Assembly (NCBI RefSeq): GCF_021028975.2
Contig: NC_059431.1
Span: forward strand, 53,878,001 to 53,942,000
From: Sphaerodactylus townsendi
Lineage: Eukaryota
Length of the DNA: 64,000 nt
Direction of reading: 5' to 3'
Shown one piece after another: positions 1-12,431 of the stretch. The notes beneath the pieces were generated by a model that was not told the DNA's origin, searched no databases, and worked only from the letters and a program-made list of their open reading frames with translations. The first letter of the stretch is position 1; each line of letters opens with the position of its first letter. A program made the translations under genes and the position numbers.

Positions 1-258
1 GGGCCTCCCAGCTAAAGCCAGAGAAAGGCCCCCCTGGGCCATGCTGCCAGTCCCCAAGTGTGCGGCTCGCTTTGAGGCTGGCCACCTCCCACAGCTGGCC
101 AGTGAAAGAAGCTGGCCCAGCGGTACATGGGTCAAGCCGCAGCTGCCACCTTCCATCGCCTCCGTGACCCAACATTGAAAAGGAGGGCGCAGCAGCCAGG
201 TAAGTGGGCAGCGGAGGAGGGGCAAAACGGTAGTCAAATGATTAGAATACCACCACTG
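1..258. mobile_element. Right end of a GC-rich non-autonomous hAT-like DNA transposon (runs off the window start, intronic in MAN2A1)
   Basis: Ends in GAATACCACCACTG (245-258), resembling the terminus GAATCCCAC(T/C)(T/A)CTG of the TSD-flanked hAT MITE at 43470-43693. Abrupt GC-rich to AT-rich transition. Confidence 0.45.
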
Positions 259-790
259 ACTATATGTGTGTTCTAAAGTTCTTTGATGCTAAATTCTTAA
301 AATATTTGGATGCGACTTTCATGTACCAATATATTTCCAATATTGTTGAGGGGCATATTTTAGCTGTGACTGATACCATTTTATTTTCTGTATTAGTGTC
401 AAGTGAGTTGTCTCTTACATGAAATAATTGTATTTTTGTTTATTTTATTGAGGTGTACGAAATATTCTTACCTGGTTCTGGACAGTGCCTTGATTTCCTA
501 CAAATTTAAATTTTGGGATCCAAGGGTGTTTTCCGCCCAAAATCTTTAAATTTCAGTTATACCATTAGAACAACATGGAACATAACATCAGAACAAAACT
601 GATGAGCATGTAACTGAACTCTGGTATAGTATTTACCAGTATATTTAGGACCGAAACCAACAATGCAAATTGTAGCACAGTTTCTACCTTTTTTATAGAA
701 ACATGCTGTGTCAGAATGGTTGGTATGCATTGGTATTGAATGTTTTTGTGTGCCTGTATTGCTTGAAGCTGTTAATTTTCTTATTTTCAG

Positions 791-901
791 GCTGGTCCAG
801 GACCATCTGATGAAGCAGCCCTGATCCTTCACAGGAAAGGATTTGATTGTAGATTTGCAAACACAGGCCTGGGGCTTGTCTGCTCTACAACTCAGGGAAA
901 G
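791..901 (+). CDS. MAN2A1: Penultimate coding exon of Golgi alpha-mannosidase II
   Basis: ttattttcag| acceptor and |gtactt donor; 111 nt, phase 0/0. Translates [37 protein letters not shown], matching the MAN2A1 C-terminal segment [15 protein letters not shown]...CSTTQGK. Confidence 0.95.
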
Positions 902-2038
902 GTACTTCTTCAGAATTTAACTTACTGTTCATCAGGAAATTGAGAATTATGGTGACTGAAATCCAATAACCACTTTGGGGCATAGTTTGAGTATATCCAG
1001 TACAGTCTGACATTTTCCCCTGTAACAGCAGGCATCCATGAAGGTGCTGAAAAATTTCCCTCTTTTGAAAGAAAAAGATGAGTCATTGTTGGAGAAACAG
1101 AACCCAAAAAGTGTCCTTCTGAGAAAAATTAATATTGCTGCGTTTGTATTTTAGTTTAAAATGGCAGAGGTATTCCATATCTTTAATTAGTTTTATGAAA
1201 CTGCTGTGTGTTGCCAAGTTATGGAACAAAAGTGGGTGGGGCTGTGATCCTAGTGAACATATGCCACAATTTCGAAAGCAGTACTTTAATAGCATAGGTC
1301 TGTAACTAACTTCTGCTAAATTTACTAGCCTCCTTGTTTTGGGGTTTCTGGTATATTGAATATCATGTTTTCTTTAGTTAACATGGAGAAGCTATCAGTG
1401 GAGCTTAGGCAGGGGATGGAGGTGGGCTGGTGTTCTTAGGAGTTCTATCAAAATTCCAGAATCACCATGTTTTAAACTTAGAATTTATCAAATTAGTGTC
1501 CCAATTCTCCTAACATCTTGCATTTGAAATATTTTGTTTGCTGTAAAAAGAGCTGTTTTTCTTAATGTTGAGTTGCCCACCTGTTGCATAAGTATTCAGT
1601 GCATGTATTATTGAAGGTGACTAACAGTGAAATCTTTTTAGTGTAAGTTTCTACATTATAAAATGGACACTTGGTTAAAAGTTCAGCCATCTGTCTGCTA
1701 TAACAGAGTGCTGGTATCAACATACCTTCTGTCTCTGGGACCCATATGACAGGAGTCACAATCTACCTAATGCGGTTTTCCTTTAAAAGATATAGGAAAT
1801 AACTAGTGTAGCTTTAGGATTTTTGTCCAACTCTTTCACATCTCTCTTGTTATGTATTTGAAGTGGGTCAAGAGGTAGAGTGCTGACCCTGCTTCCTCTA
1901 CAATACAAAGTTTTCCATTGATTAAGGAGAGTCATTTTCATAAGCAAAAATTAGGAGGTTAAATCCTGTCTCTTCCCACATGTGTTTTCCAATTCAGATT
2001 GTAGCCTCCACATTTCATAAATCAAAAACACATTTTTA

Positions 2039-2116
2039 TAATAATAACAACAACAACAACAACAAAATCCAGCATATTGATCTTGTTTGCTGTGTATAAC
2101 TGTTTTTGTATCAATA

Positions 2117-2157
<41 letters not shown>

Positions 2158-2160
2158 ATA
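2039..2160. repeat. Intronic microsatellites (AAT)n/(AAC)n and (TAG)n
   Basis: (aat)/(aac) run at ~2039-2064 and ~14 copies of tag at ~2117-2158. Confidence 0.95.
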
Positions 2161-2252
2161 CAATTCTGCTTTCAAACAAACTTACGGGTAAAATTTAAAA
2201 CTTAGGTTGTATTGCATGTGAAAATAATGATCTTCTTGTTTGCAATTTTTAG

Positions 2253-2402
2253 CTGAAAGTGCACAAACTCTTCAAGTTCCATGTGGAAAGTCTTACACCT
2301 ACATCTTTATCTTTGATGCATTCACCTCCAGATGCCAGAAACATGAGTGAAATCAGTATGAGTTCTATGGAGATAAACACATACAGAATTCAGCTGAGAT
2401 GA
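2253..2402 (+). CDS. MAN2A1: Last coding exon of Golgi alpha-mannosidase II (to TGA stop)
   Basis: Acceptor tcttcttgtttgcaatttttag|, in frame with the previous exon. Translates LKVHKLFKFHVESLTPTSLSLMHSPPDARNMSEISMSSMEINTYRIQLR*, matching the mammalian MAN2A1 end (VESLTPSSLSLMHSPP...MEISTFRIQLR) better than the paralogue MAN2A2. Confidence 0.95.
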   Translation: MKVHKLFKFHVESLTPTSLSLMHSPPDARNMSEISMSSMEINTYRIQLR

Positions 2403-4700
2403 AACCTGACTTTGGAACACAGAAAGTAAAAAACTAATCTGCCGCTTTTGTCTTCTCAAGATCAGTGTGCAATAAAAAGCACATTTTTCCAGCTTCTGAA
2501 TACTGTGACAGAACATGCATTCTAGAACTTATTTGATTCAACACAGTAAAAAGCCATGATGCAAGAAACTCTTTTCTCTCAAATAAAACCATCAACATCA
2601 GTATAAAAATACGAGAGGGGAAAAAACAACGGATGCTATGTCTCATCAACAAAGTGAATCTCAGGTTAAACATTAGTTTTTGGTTTCTGAATTTATGATA
2701 CCTTATTTGAAAGAGTGGAAAAATCTGTTTTTTAATTGTTTTGTTTTTCATAGATGGGTCTAAATATGTAGTGTTTAAATCCCAGACACATGTTGGAATT
2801 AAACCTGAAAATGCTCTAGCAAAGCTATTGTCCAAATATTTTTAAAGACTTCTATAAATGAAGAAATTTCAATTTGTTCCAAATGGAGTCTGAATTTATC
2901 CTACTCCAGACGTAGAGTGAAGTTCAAGAGCCTTTGAGGCACATGTAATCATATTTAATCCAGTTGTCCTAGCATCTTGAAGTGCAGAACTTAATTTCTG
3001 GAATTTTAGATTAGTCTTTCCTTGGAAAATATTGACTTTTTTGTTACTTGACACATTGGGATATGTGCAATTACTCCATTATATAGAGTAAGGAAAGTCA
3101 AGTCTATAATTTCATGAATACAATTTTTATAGAACATTTGGATACTAATGCTCTCTGAAATGTGCTTTGTACTTCAGAATTACCATATCAAAATAAATGT
3201 GCCTTATTTTTTATATGTCTTGTTATTCCTTTGTTGTCCATGCAGTATGTTGTTTTGGAGGAAGCTGTAATGCTATTAAACCATGTATTTTTTTATTTGA
3301 CTATGATGACCACATTATTCTTTCCAGCACCAAATTTGTCTTGATGGTTTCTGAATGCTCTGACTATTTGAATGTAGAAAACTGATGTCATAAAGTAAAA
3401 CAATGGAGGAATAAATAATATGAAAATCAGCTGCTATCAACTGCAACAGACACAGATTTGATGGCATGCAGGGCACACTGTTTGTTAAAAGGTATCATAC
3501 AATGTGTATTGTAGCAAACAGTACATTGAGAATCACGTGCCTATATTTTTAAAATATCCGTATTGTGACCTCACCACATGTTTATGTTGCCAATATTTGC
3601 TGTTGACGTAATAACTTCAACAATGTTTATTTTCACATCAAATATTTTCTATTGAGTTCTCGAAGCCATGTGGGTTTGCAGATTCTACATCCCTGAATAA
3701 AACCATTGTTTACAATTAAAGTCAACTCGACTGCATTTCAGTATGATTCTTGTTCTTACCCTGACCTTGATTTTGCTTCAGCTTATACAAACATAAGTAA
3801 TTTCCTTTGAGACTAATAAATATTTAATAAGTGGGAAAGTGATTTTGACATTTTTATACTGGTAGATCTTTTAGTTATGCTTCCAGTCTTGAAGATGGCA
3901 TTAACATGCCAATTTTCTTTATAACTTTCAAATGGGGGAGGGTGTTCTCATTGTATGGTTACCCTATTTCAGTTTTAGCAGTGGCACAATTTCATGTGAA
4001 TTTTTGAAGAATGATTGTAAATGAATGGTTTTATGCAATAAATGTACAGTTTTGTATATTTTCCTTTAGGTAAAATCTTGAGCTTTCAGAAGAAAGTTTC
4101 TATAACTACTTTTAATTTAATAGACTCTGATAAAGACACATCAAAGTTCTCATATCTCAAAAAAAAGTACTTAAAATCTGAGGAAAAAATGATGCAATAA
4201 CTTGTTACGTTGGCTTGCAGAACATGCTTCCAAAGGGTCAGTGTCATATGGCTGGATTGTAGATGGTTAAACATGGTTACTCATGAATTTAATGGAACTT
4301 TACTTACTAACAAGCAAGTTTTGGACTAGAGTATATCTTTTCTGTACAATCAATCCTGAGCAATCTTCAACCAGCAGATTTTTGCTTTATTTCAAAGTAG
4401 TTTGAACTTATTTTATGTAAGTTCCTTTTGAGGTAATGATGATTGGTGCAAACTTGAGCCAAACTTTTGCAGAAAAAAATTACTATCAGACACCCATCTC
4501 CTCCAGTAATAAATTGAAAATTTTCTTGTTTTATTTCTTGTATTCCTTGTGAATGCTTTTCCAGTATTTGTATTTTTAAAAATATTTTGGTGGTGCCTTT
4601 TTATGCCTATACATGTTTTCTGACCAATTTGTCACACGTTAATTTTTAAAGTAATTGTTTAAAACAGTTTTCTACAATAAATTGTTTAAAGCATTCTGTC
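2403..4700 (+). other. MAN2A1: MAN2A1 3' UTR (approximate extent)
   Basis: TE-free, AU-rich sequence after the stop. AATAAA at 2471, 2582, 3696, 4037 and 4676; the last is followed by CA and a U/GU-rich tract. Confidence 0.6.
4676..4681 (+). terminator. Candidate distal polyadenylation signal of MAN2A1
   Basis: AATAAA with a U-rich upstream region, CA ~11 nt downstream, then ttctgtcttactcttcctct. Confidence 0.4.
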
Positions 4701-5423
4701 TTACTCTTCCTCTCAGAATTATCCTATGAAGGAATTCTACTATGCTAAAGATTTACATTGTATTTCATTTTCCTCATACTGTCTCTTAATAACAGCTGAT
4801 TTGATTGGAAGGGTTTCATATTTTCTTCGGGGAACATTTTATATCTTTTGGGGAGAAATGTAATATAAGTTTGCTAATAAAAATGCTGTGATGGTACATC
4901 TGTGTCATGCTACCTTGATCATAATTTTCGATACAAAAAAAGTAATCTCAAAATAAAGTTGGCTTATTTTTTGAAAGAAGATTCTTATAAGTGAATTATG
5001 ATAACTTGATCAATGGGGAGAGGCTAGGTTTACCAGTATGTTCATTGCCTCTGAAAATAAAATAAAAAGGTAAATAGCTTTCCAGTAACATCTGCTGCCT
5101 TGTATTTTGAACAAGTGACATCGATTGACAGCATAGTTTTGAGTTACTGTTGAAATCTTCAACAACAGCTTTTGTGTACATATACTTTGCTTCAGTGATG
5201 CATATTCTTCTTACTACATTCTAAGACTGTAGTCTTCGATGCAAGTATTTTTGTAGAACAAAGGATGTTTCTACTGTGCCCACCGCCTGCCATATTAAAA
5301 CTATATCTGCATAACCAAGGCAATAAAAACAGCACAGAAGAAGCCAGAAAAAATCAAAACACAGAACCAGTTTTGGTTCTGGTGGCGTGGGGTGGGGTGG
5401 GGTGGGGTGTGTGTATATGTGTA

Positions 5424-5556
5424 TGTGAAGTGCTGTCAAGTCACTTCTGACTTGGTAAACCGTATGAATTAATGCCCTCCCAATATCCTATCATTAACAA
5501 TCTTGCTCAAGTGTTGAAAACTGAGGGCCATGGCTCCCTTGATTCAATCAGATGCC
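5424..5556 (-). mobile_element. RTE-clade (BovB-related) LINE 3' end fragment
   Basis: gtgctgtcaagtcacttctgacttgg...tcttgctcaagtgttgaaaactgagggccatggctcccttgattcaatc resembles the reverse complement of RTE/BovB 3' termini common in squamates. Confidence 0.55.
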
Positions 5557-6887
5557 ATTAAATAATTAATTTAGGTGGCACTTAAATACTGGAAAATTAG
5601 TAGCCTGTCAGATAGATTTGGGAGGTAGTTGCATATTTTAAAGTTCATATGGATAGAAGAGGCTGCTACAATCAATTCCAGCATCCTCTCTGTCAGTAAA
5701 ATTGCCAACAACCTGGAGGGTAAAGTTGCCAACAACATGAGATGACCCTTTAACTTCTGCCAATAGGCATGTGAAACTTTTAATGGTGAGGAGGAAAATA
5801 ATGTCAGCTATTAAATAACATCCCATTGAAGGTGGATGACATTTCTTTTCCTCCAGGCTGTTGAAAAATCTGTCATGATTCCACATTTAAGTTCCAACCA
5901 TTTCAAAAAGGCAAAGAATGCATCCAATGTTGAACTACTTTGCAGGAAAAATTAGCTCTGAGAAGTTCTGTTTCAGCTGCCAGAGGCAGCAGGGTTTTTT
6001 TTCCTAAGTATCAGACTTCAGTTTTGGTCTCATAATGATTATTTGGTCAACTACTAAAGGAACAAGAATCCCTGCAATAACTTAAGTGATCTTTGTGAAA
6101 ATGCAGTTTAAAGTTTGTCTAGAAATTGAAGATAACAGAAACACATGCATATGCTGTTCTTCATCTCTATCCAGTATCTGCTTAGAAACCATAGGAGATG
6201 GATTGATGAGGTAGGAAGAATATCCCAGGGAGAGGTATTGCTGGATCTAAGTGAAAGCCCATGGCTTTAGAAGCTTGATAGTGTCCAGGGTTGCCAAAGA
6301 AATCTTCCTGGGGAAGTGAAGGGTGGGGGGCAGGAGGTTGGATCAGAGAAAGAGGTTGTTTGGGCCATGAAAGAGTTAACTAGACTGAGTTTCCTTCCAT
6401 TTGCTGGGTCAGCTTAGGAGCTTTGTCTTCCTGCTGACACTTCAGATAATCCAAAAGTGATACTTTATCAAAGAAAATTTTATGGACTTATAAAGTGATA
6501 GTGGATTTAACAAAGCCTGACAACAGACTCATGCCTGGTGAATAACTGGGGCAACATATCAGTTGTGTCAGCCAGCCATTAGAATAATTGTTTCAGTGTT
6601 CCTATAGGAGTATACTTTTTGTGAAGAACTAAACACACATGAAGCAGTGATTTAAATAGTTGATGGCTAATTCCAAAATCTCTTTTGTGAACTGTTCTTC
6701 TGTTCCAGCAAAGAGCTGGAACTCCTCTTGAAATCTTAAATACGGTTAGGTCAACTATACACAACAGAGGTAAAGGAGGAAGGGATTGTTGCCCTATCCT
6801 TCACACCCCACTTTACTGAAAATATGGATTTTATATTTTCTCTGCAATATGTACTGGCAAATGCCAATTCTCACGTGTGTGTGTGTG

Positions 6888-7800
6888 TGTAGCAGAGTGT
6901 CCACCTAAAAACAGGCCAAAGGCAAAAGGTCTGTTTGCAAGATTAGATCAGTGAATGAGTTACTCCAGTCAATGGAATCTGGAAGCCCCATGGACATGCA
7001 TCTTGAATACCACACCCCGCCAAAGCTGCTGAAACACAATGATTCCATGCTACTCCCTGCACAAGGTTTTTACATTTCCTCTACCTTTAGATATCATCTC
7101 CCTAACAAACAATCCCTTCCTGATTCACTCAAAGCCTCAGCCAAATTTGAATACCTGGGCAGAGTCTTTTAGAAGACACTCTGCTCAAAGCCATTCAGAG
7201 CTTCCTGATATAATCTAGAAACAATTGACGCTATTATCCCAACCTTAAGAAACAATAGATGAGCCACTGATTAGCTCAAGCCAGCGATCCCAGCATGGGA
7301 AATCCCAAAGGATCCAGGAAAACGAAACTGAAAGTTACCTGATCCCGTCCCTACCTGCGCAAAGGGGTATAAAAGTACTGTGCACATTAGACTCAGTGCT
7401 CTTTACTGGCTAAAACTCCCTTGGTCTAGTTGGATTGAGACATGATATATTGTTCTTCGCTTGGGTTCCCATGCTGGCATAGGAATCCTTGCCTTCTTCC
7501 AGACTTCTTCAGCTGAATTTAGGTAACGTATAAGTCCCCCCTCCCCCTCCCACTCTATCATCCAAACCTATCTTTTTCTCCCTCCTTATATCCAATAGGA
7601 ACTGTGTGTGTGCTTCTCAACGTCTCACTGTATGAATGTTTGCAACCAAAAACTTATATAAAAATATTTTAACTACAATTTGGTCTCTTTGTATTCTCTG
7701 TGGAATGTTTCAAAAGCTGTCTAAAAGATCCCACCTAGCCTGCCTCTTGCATTGGCAAGCCAAGTTATCCCTCATTGCTACTTAAAAAATATATTCTAAC
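6888..7800 (+). mobile_element. Solo LTR (ERV-like), family shared with 20634-21879
   Basis: TGT start and TATA-like ggggTATAAAAg at ~7364-7374. An identical 25-mer cttcagctgaatttaggtaacgtat (7507-7531) and the acttatataaaaatatt...caatttggtc block recur on the - strand at 21033-21057 and ~20860-20912. Boundaries approximate. Confidence 0.6.
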
Positions 7801-8049
7801 TGTTAAGCTAGGTAACAGATTGAAAATGTGTAGGATGTTTTGCACTCAGCATGCTATATTTTGTTATAGGTTCAGTGCCCTCATTGCACTCCTGAGTAAC
7901 TGCAAGTACCCCCCCCCCCCCCCCGCAATTCTGTCTTATTAAAAGAAAACTGAATTTTATAGGATGTTTTTTGAGCAGGTCCAAATCTTGATCCTCTCTT
8001 TTTGAATATTAAGCAGTGACTGTCTGTATTTACAGATCTATCTTATTTT

Positions 8050-9000
8050 GATACTGCATAAATGGATGGCAATAACAGTGATAAGGGGTGAGATGATCTT
8101 CCCTCTTCTAGTTCTGCTAATCTGGAACAAGGAGTCCTTTTCTGCAACTCAGCCAGCAAAAATGGGCCAGTGGCAGTGATTGGACTTTCTGCTGTTAAGA
8201 ACCATTTTTTCTCCCCAGATAGGAAACATTGTCTTTTCTTTTTTTGCATTCAGTTGAAGGCATATAGTCAACGGATGCCATCAATAGCCCTGTCTCTATG
8301 AATATGTCCACTCCCCTCTTAAAGCCTTCCAAGTTGGCATCCGTCATCACATCCTGGGGCAGAGAGTTCCACAATTTAACTATGTGTTGTGTGAAGAAAT
8401 ACTTCTTTTTGTTTGTTTTGGATCTTTCACTTTTCAGCTTCTGCAGATAACCCCACATTCTAGTATTATGAGAGAGAGAGAGAAAACTTCTCTGTGTCCA
8501 CTTTCTCCACATCTTGTATAATTATGTAGAGCCCTTTTTCTGAGATAAACAGGCCCAAGCATTTTAACCACTTCTCATAGGGCAGTTGCTTTAGTGAAGG
8601 CAATAGAAAGTAATGAATGTTTTCGAAATCATTTTGATTGCTTTCTTCTGCACCTTCTCAAGCTCTTCAGTATCATATTTTAGATGTGACCAGAATTGTG
8701 CATCGTATTCCAAGTGTGTGTCAACATAGATTTGTATATGAACTGTGTGATAGCAGCAGTTTTATTCCTTGTCTAATTATGGCCTGCATAGAATTTGCCT
8801 TTTTCACAGCCGCCACTCACTGAGTTGACATTTTCATTGAACTATCCACTGCCACCCCAAGATACCTTTCTTGGTCTGTCACTGCCAGCACAGATCCTAT
8901 CAGTGGATATGTAAAGTTGACATTTTTTGCCCCAGCATGCATCATTTTTACACTTGCTCACATTGAATCTCATTTTTCCATTTTAATGCCTATTTCTCCA
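8050..9000 (-). mobile_element. CR1 LINE, 5'-truncated 3' fragment (end of ORF2 + 3' UTR)
   Basis: ORF 8195-8512(-) gives LSHNTR..G...KL...KKYFFTQHIVKLWNSLPQDV...NLEGFKRGVD, the canonical CR1 ORF2 C-terminus. The upstream part (8700-9000) decodes to degenerate FNVSKCKMMH.G..N and DLGV.VD motifs. Confidence 0.9.
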
Positions 9001-11933
9001 AACTGCGTACACTACAGTGGAAGTCCTACTGAACTAAGTGGTTTTCTGAATAAACACACTTAGGTAGCCTGCCAATGTGCTAAAAAAATTATCTGGAGAG
9101 AAAAAAAATCCAGTACAGCTTATTTTTGGATAGCCTAGTATGTTCACAGATTTTTTTTCTAGGACATAAAACCTTGAGACCCTTAAGCATTTTATAAAAT
9201 ACAAATTTCTGTGCAGTCCACCCACCCACCAGCACACAAGTGACAGAGCCATTCATATCTGATTGCAGTTGCCATGACAATGGCTCTGGTCTCCTGCTCA
9301 GCATTTATTCTCCTGGTCCTTTCTCAGCATATGATGCTTAACTTGCTCTTCCTGCTCCAATTTTTTTAAACAAAAGATAAGATAAAGCTAATAGAAGATT
9401 AACAGCAAACATGAAGATAAAACATGTTGGATGGTATATGTCTTCCAATAAAAAGGAAACTGTTCTCTGAATACAAAATGCCTTAAAATCTAGTATGCTT
9501 GGATGGTGAAGTAACAGGAGCATGCCATTTTCTACTATATAGTGTTCTGTATGTGCTAGCAGCATTTTATATTTTTCCTTTGAAAGCAAGTTTGTGTTTA
9601 GATTCAGGACTGGTTATGGGACTGAAACAGCCTTGGTTGCTGTGGTGGATTACGGGTGCTGGGAGATGGCTGGAGAGAGACAATCTTGTTGATTGTCCTA
9701 GACCTCTGTGTGAGTTTGGATGTTACAGCTTTCAGTGCTGGGAGTGGGGGGGTATGTGGTGGTTTTATTCCTACCTGAAAGGAATGTTTTAGAAAGTGAT
9801 ACTGGGGAGCTGCTATTTGATCCCTTGGTTTCTGACCTATTGGGTCCCTCAGGATTCAGTCTTGCTCTCCCTGCTGGTTGAGGACATCTGGAGATTTGGG
9901 CTGGGTTATCACCAATGTGCAGAACATACATTTTTCTTTATTGTGCTTCACAGATCTCAGAAAAGCTGTAGAAGACTTTAATCTCTGAGGTAAAACTGTC
10001 ATGTTAGTCAAAGAAAACTAGATCAAACAACATCTTATATGGAAAAAATGACTGCTAGTAAATCATAGATATGTACGTTCTGTAGTTGTTTTCACTGGCG
10101 TAAATCTGTATCTGGGCTGGACCATATCGCAGCTCACATTATTGGATGCTCCTTAAAAACTCCCAAGGGGGTGGAGTCATGTAGAAGAACACTGAATGAT
10201 CTCTCCCTTCAGTATAAAGTGATTCAGCCTTCTCTATTTTGGTTTATGACCTCCAAGAATGTTAGCAGACAAAAATGCCTGTGGTCTGAATCAAAAACAC
10301 AGCAAGAACAAAACGCTGAAACAAATTACAACTTATAAGGTAATTACAAGTATATTTTGTGTTGGTTCTTCTAATTCTGCTCCCCCAAAAAAGGTAGAAC
10401 AGCTGTCATAATGGTTTCTAAAATGCCACTGTGATGGATTTGAGTTGTATACACTGTGGCTTCTACAAAATGAACTGTAACTTTCCTCATCAGCAAGTCT
10501 GCAAGTTTAAGATGAGTTATACATTAAACAATCAATTTAGGGACACTAATTGGGAGAAGGAAGAACTTGAAAGAGATGTCAATTTTTAAGGAGAAATTGA
10601 TTAGTCTAGCTTTACTACCCTATTTGTCACTCGTTTTATCAAGAATGGGTATAGGGCCAGCTGTTCATTATTCAAAAATAAAGTTTGCCAAAAAGTCTTC
10701 TCAGTGGAAAAGATTACAAGATAGAAGACTTTCTGTGTATGAAGAACCAAAGATTTGATTTTAGAATGTTTTTGTATTAACCTGTGAAGTGTACAGAATA
10801 GGAATGTTGTTTGATGCTGAGTTCTTTCATGCATCAACCATTAATAATACTTAAGAATAAAATGATAAAATTGATTGTTTTTAAAAAGATGTGTCAAGAT
10901 GAGGGAAACACAGAATCTAAATCAAGATTTAAAAGCTGACAAGCATAATTAAACTAGTGCACTAAAACAGTGCAAAGACAAGGCTTATTACTAGCAAAAA
11001 TTATTACTAGCAAACATTGACTATTAATCAAAATCAATGGTTCCACTTTTAACGTGTCACATTCAGAAGTAATCAAGAACAATATAGAATGTGGAACCAG
11101 AAAATTGTTTACTTTAAAAGTTTGCTCAGTGAGCCTGTGCTACATTTTACAACGTCTTGAATCTGTTGCACACTTCTGCTTCTGTCATTGAAGCAAATAG
11201 AGTGAGGATTTGCAGCCTTTGGGAATAAAGTCTACTTTCCTATCACAGCATGGATTTTCAAGAAGTAAGCTCAGGTTTTCCCTTCCACTGAGTGTGCGTG
11301 TTCAGACATTTCCACTGCTTATCAGTATCAGCTACCATTTTCTTATTCATTCAGAGATCACACATTTTAAGAGGGCAATCTAGTATCATAACCATGTTTT
11401 CCAAACTGGATGCATTGCTTGTTCATGTATTAAAATATAAGGTGACTTAAAAATTCTGTTGCAGTTTTTAATTCTTCTGTTTATTTTATGTTTATAATTT
11501 TGGGGGTTAGTACCACAGACAGATTTATTGTTGATTGATTTGATTGATTTATTAGATTTTTATACCACCTCTCGCTATATAAGCTCGGAGTGGTTTGTAG
11601 GCTCAGGACGGTTGGATCCATGATCAGCTCTTGGCTTTTAAATGTTAATCGTTTTAAAAATCTATATAAATGGAAGCTACTCAAGTAATAAAGTAAAGGG
11701 GAATGTCATGGAATTGGCTATCTGCTGAAGAAGGACGATAAGCTCAGGGAGGAGCATTTTATTCTCAGCATGCTGAGAGGATCTTAACACAGAAGAAAGA
11801 AGATGAAGAATGGGAGATACAATGTTGCTGAGGAACCAAAGAAAAATCATTTGTAGCTTTGTATAAATTTGGTAATTCTAAATTGTAGAATTCCAAGGTA
11901 AACAGTTTTTTTAAAATGCCAAAGTAACACAGG

Positions 11934-12431
11934 GGCCCTTTCCACATAGGCCAATAAACATGGATTAAGGGTGGAATAGAACCCAGGTTGGGGGGGGGGA
12001 CTTCACACGAATCCTGCTCCTAAAGCGAGTTCACTCTGCGATTTCCCCTTCCAACCTGGATTTTTCAAAAATCATGTTATGTGTGATTCTTTTAATGAGC
12101 CTCACAGCCATGGACGAGCAAATAGCCGCAGCTGTGAGGCGCATTAGGCTGTTGCAATCCAACAAGAGAATCACAGTCCCCGACTCCCATCTGCAGAGTC
12201 ATGTAGGGACAAAGGGCTGTTTCATGGCCCTGGAGTTCAGTCATGCCTGCCTCTGAAGCTGTGCTTTGAAGGGAGGCAGCCCCCCCAAAAAACAACCACT
12301 TCCGTGCGAACGCACATGCCCTGTTATCATGGCTTATCCATGGGACAGACAGTCATGTGAACAGGTCAGGGCAAGGATGGGTTTGTGTAATCTGCCTTTC
12401 ACCTGTGTTATTGGCCTGTGTGGAAAGGGCC
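11934..12431. mobile_element. MITE with ~24-bp TIRs (PIF/Harbinger-like)
   Basis: Left GGCCCTTTCCACATAGGCCAATAA, right TTATTGGCCTGTGTGGAAAGGGCC; no coding capacity. Confidence 0.75.
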
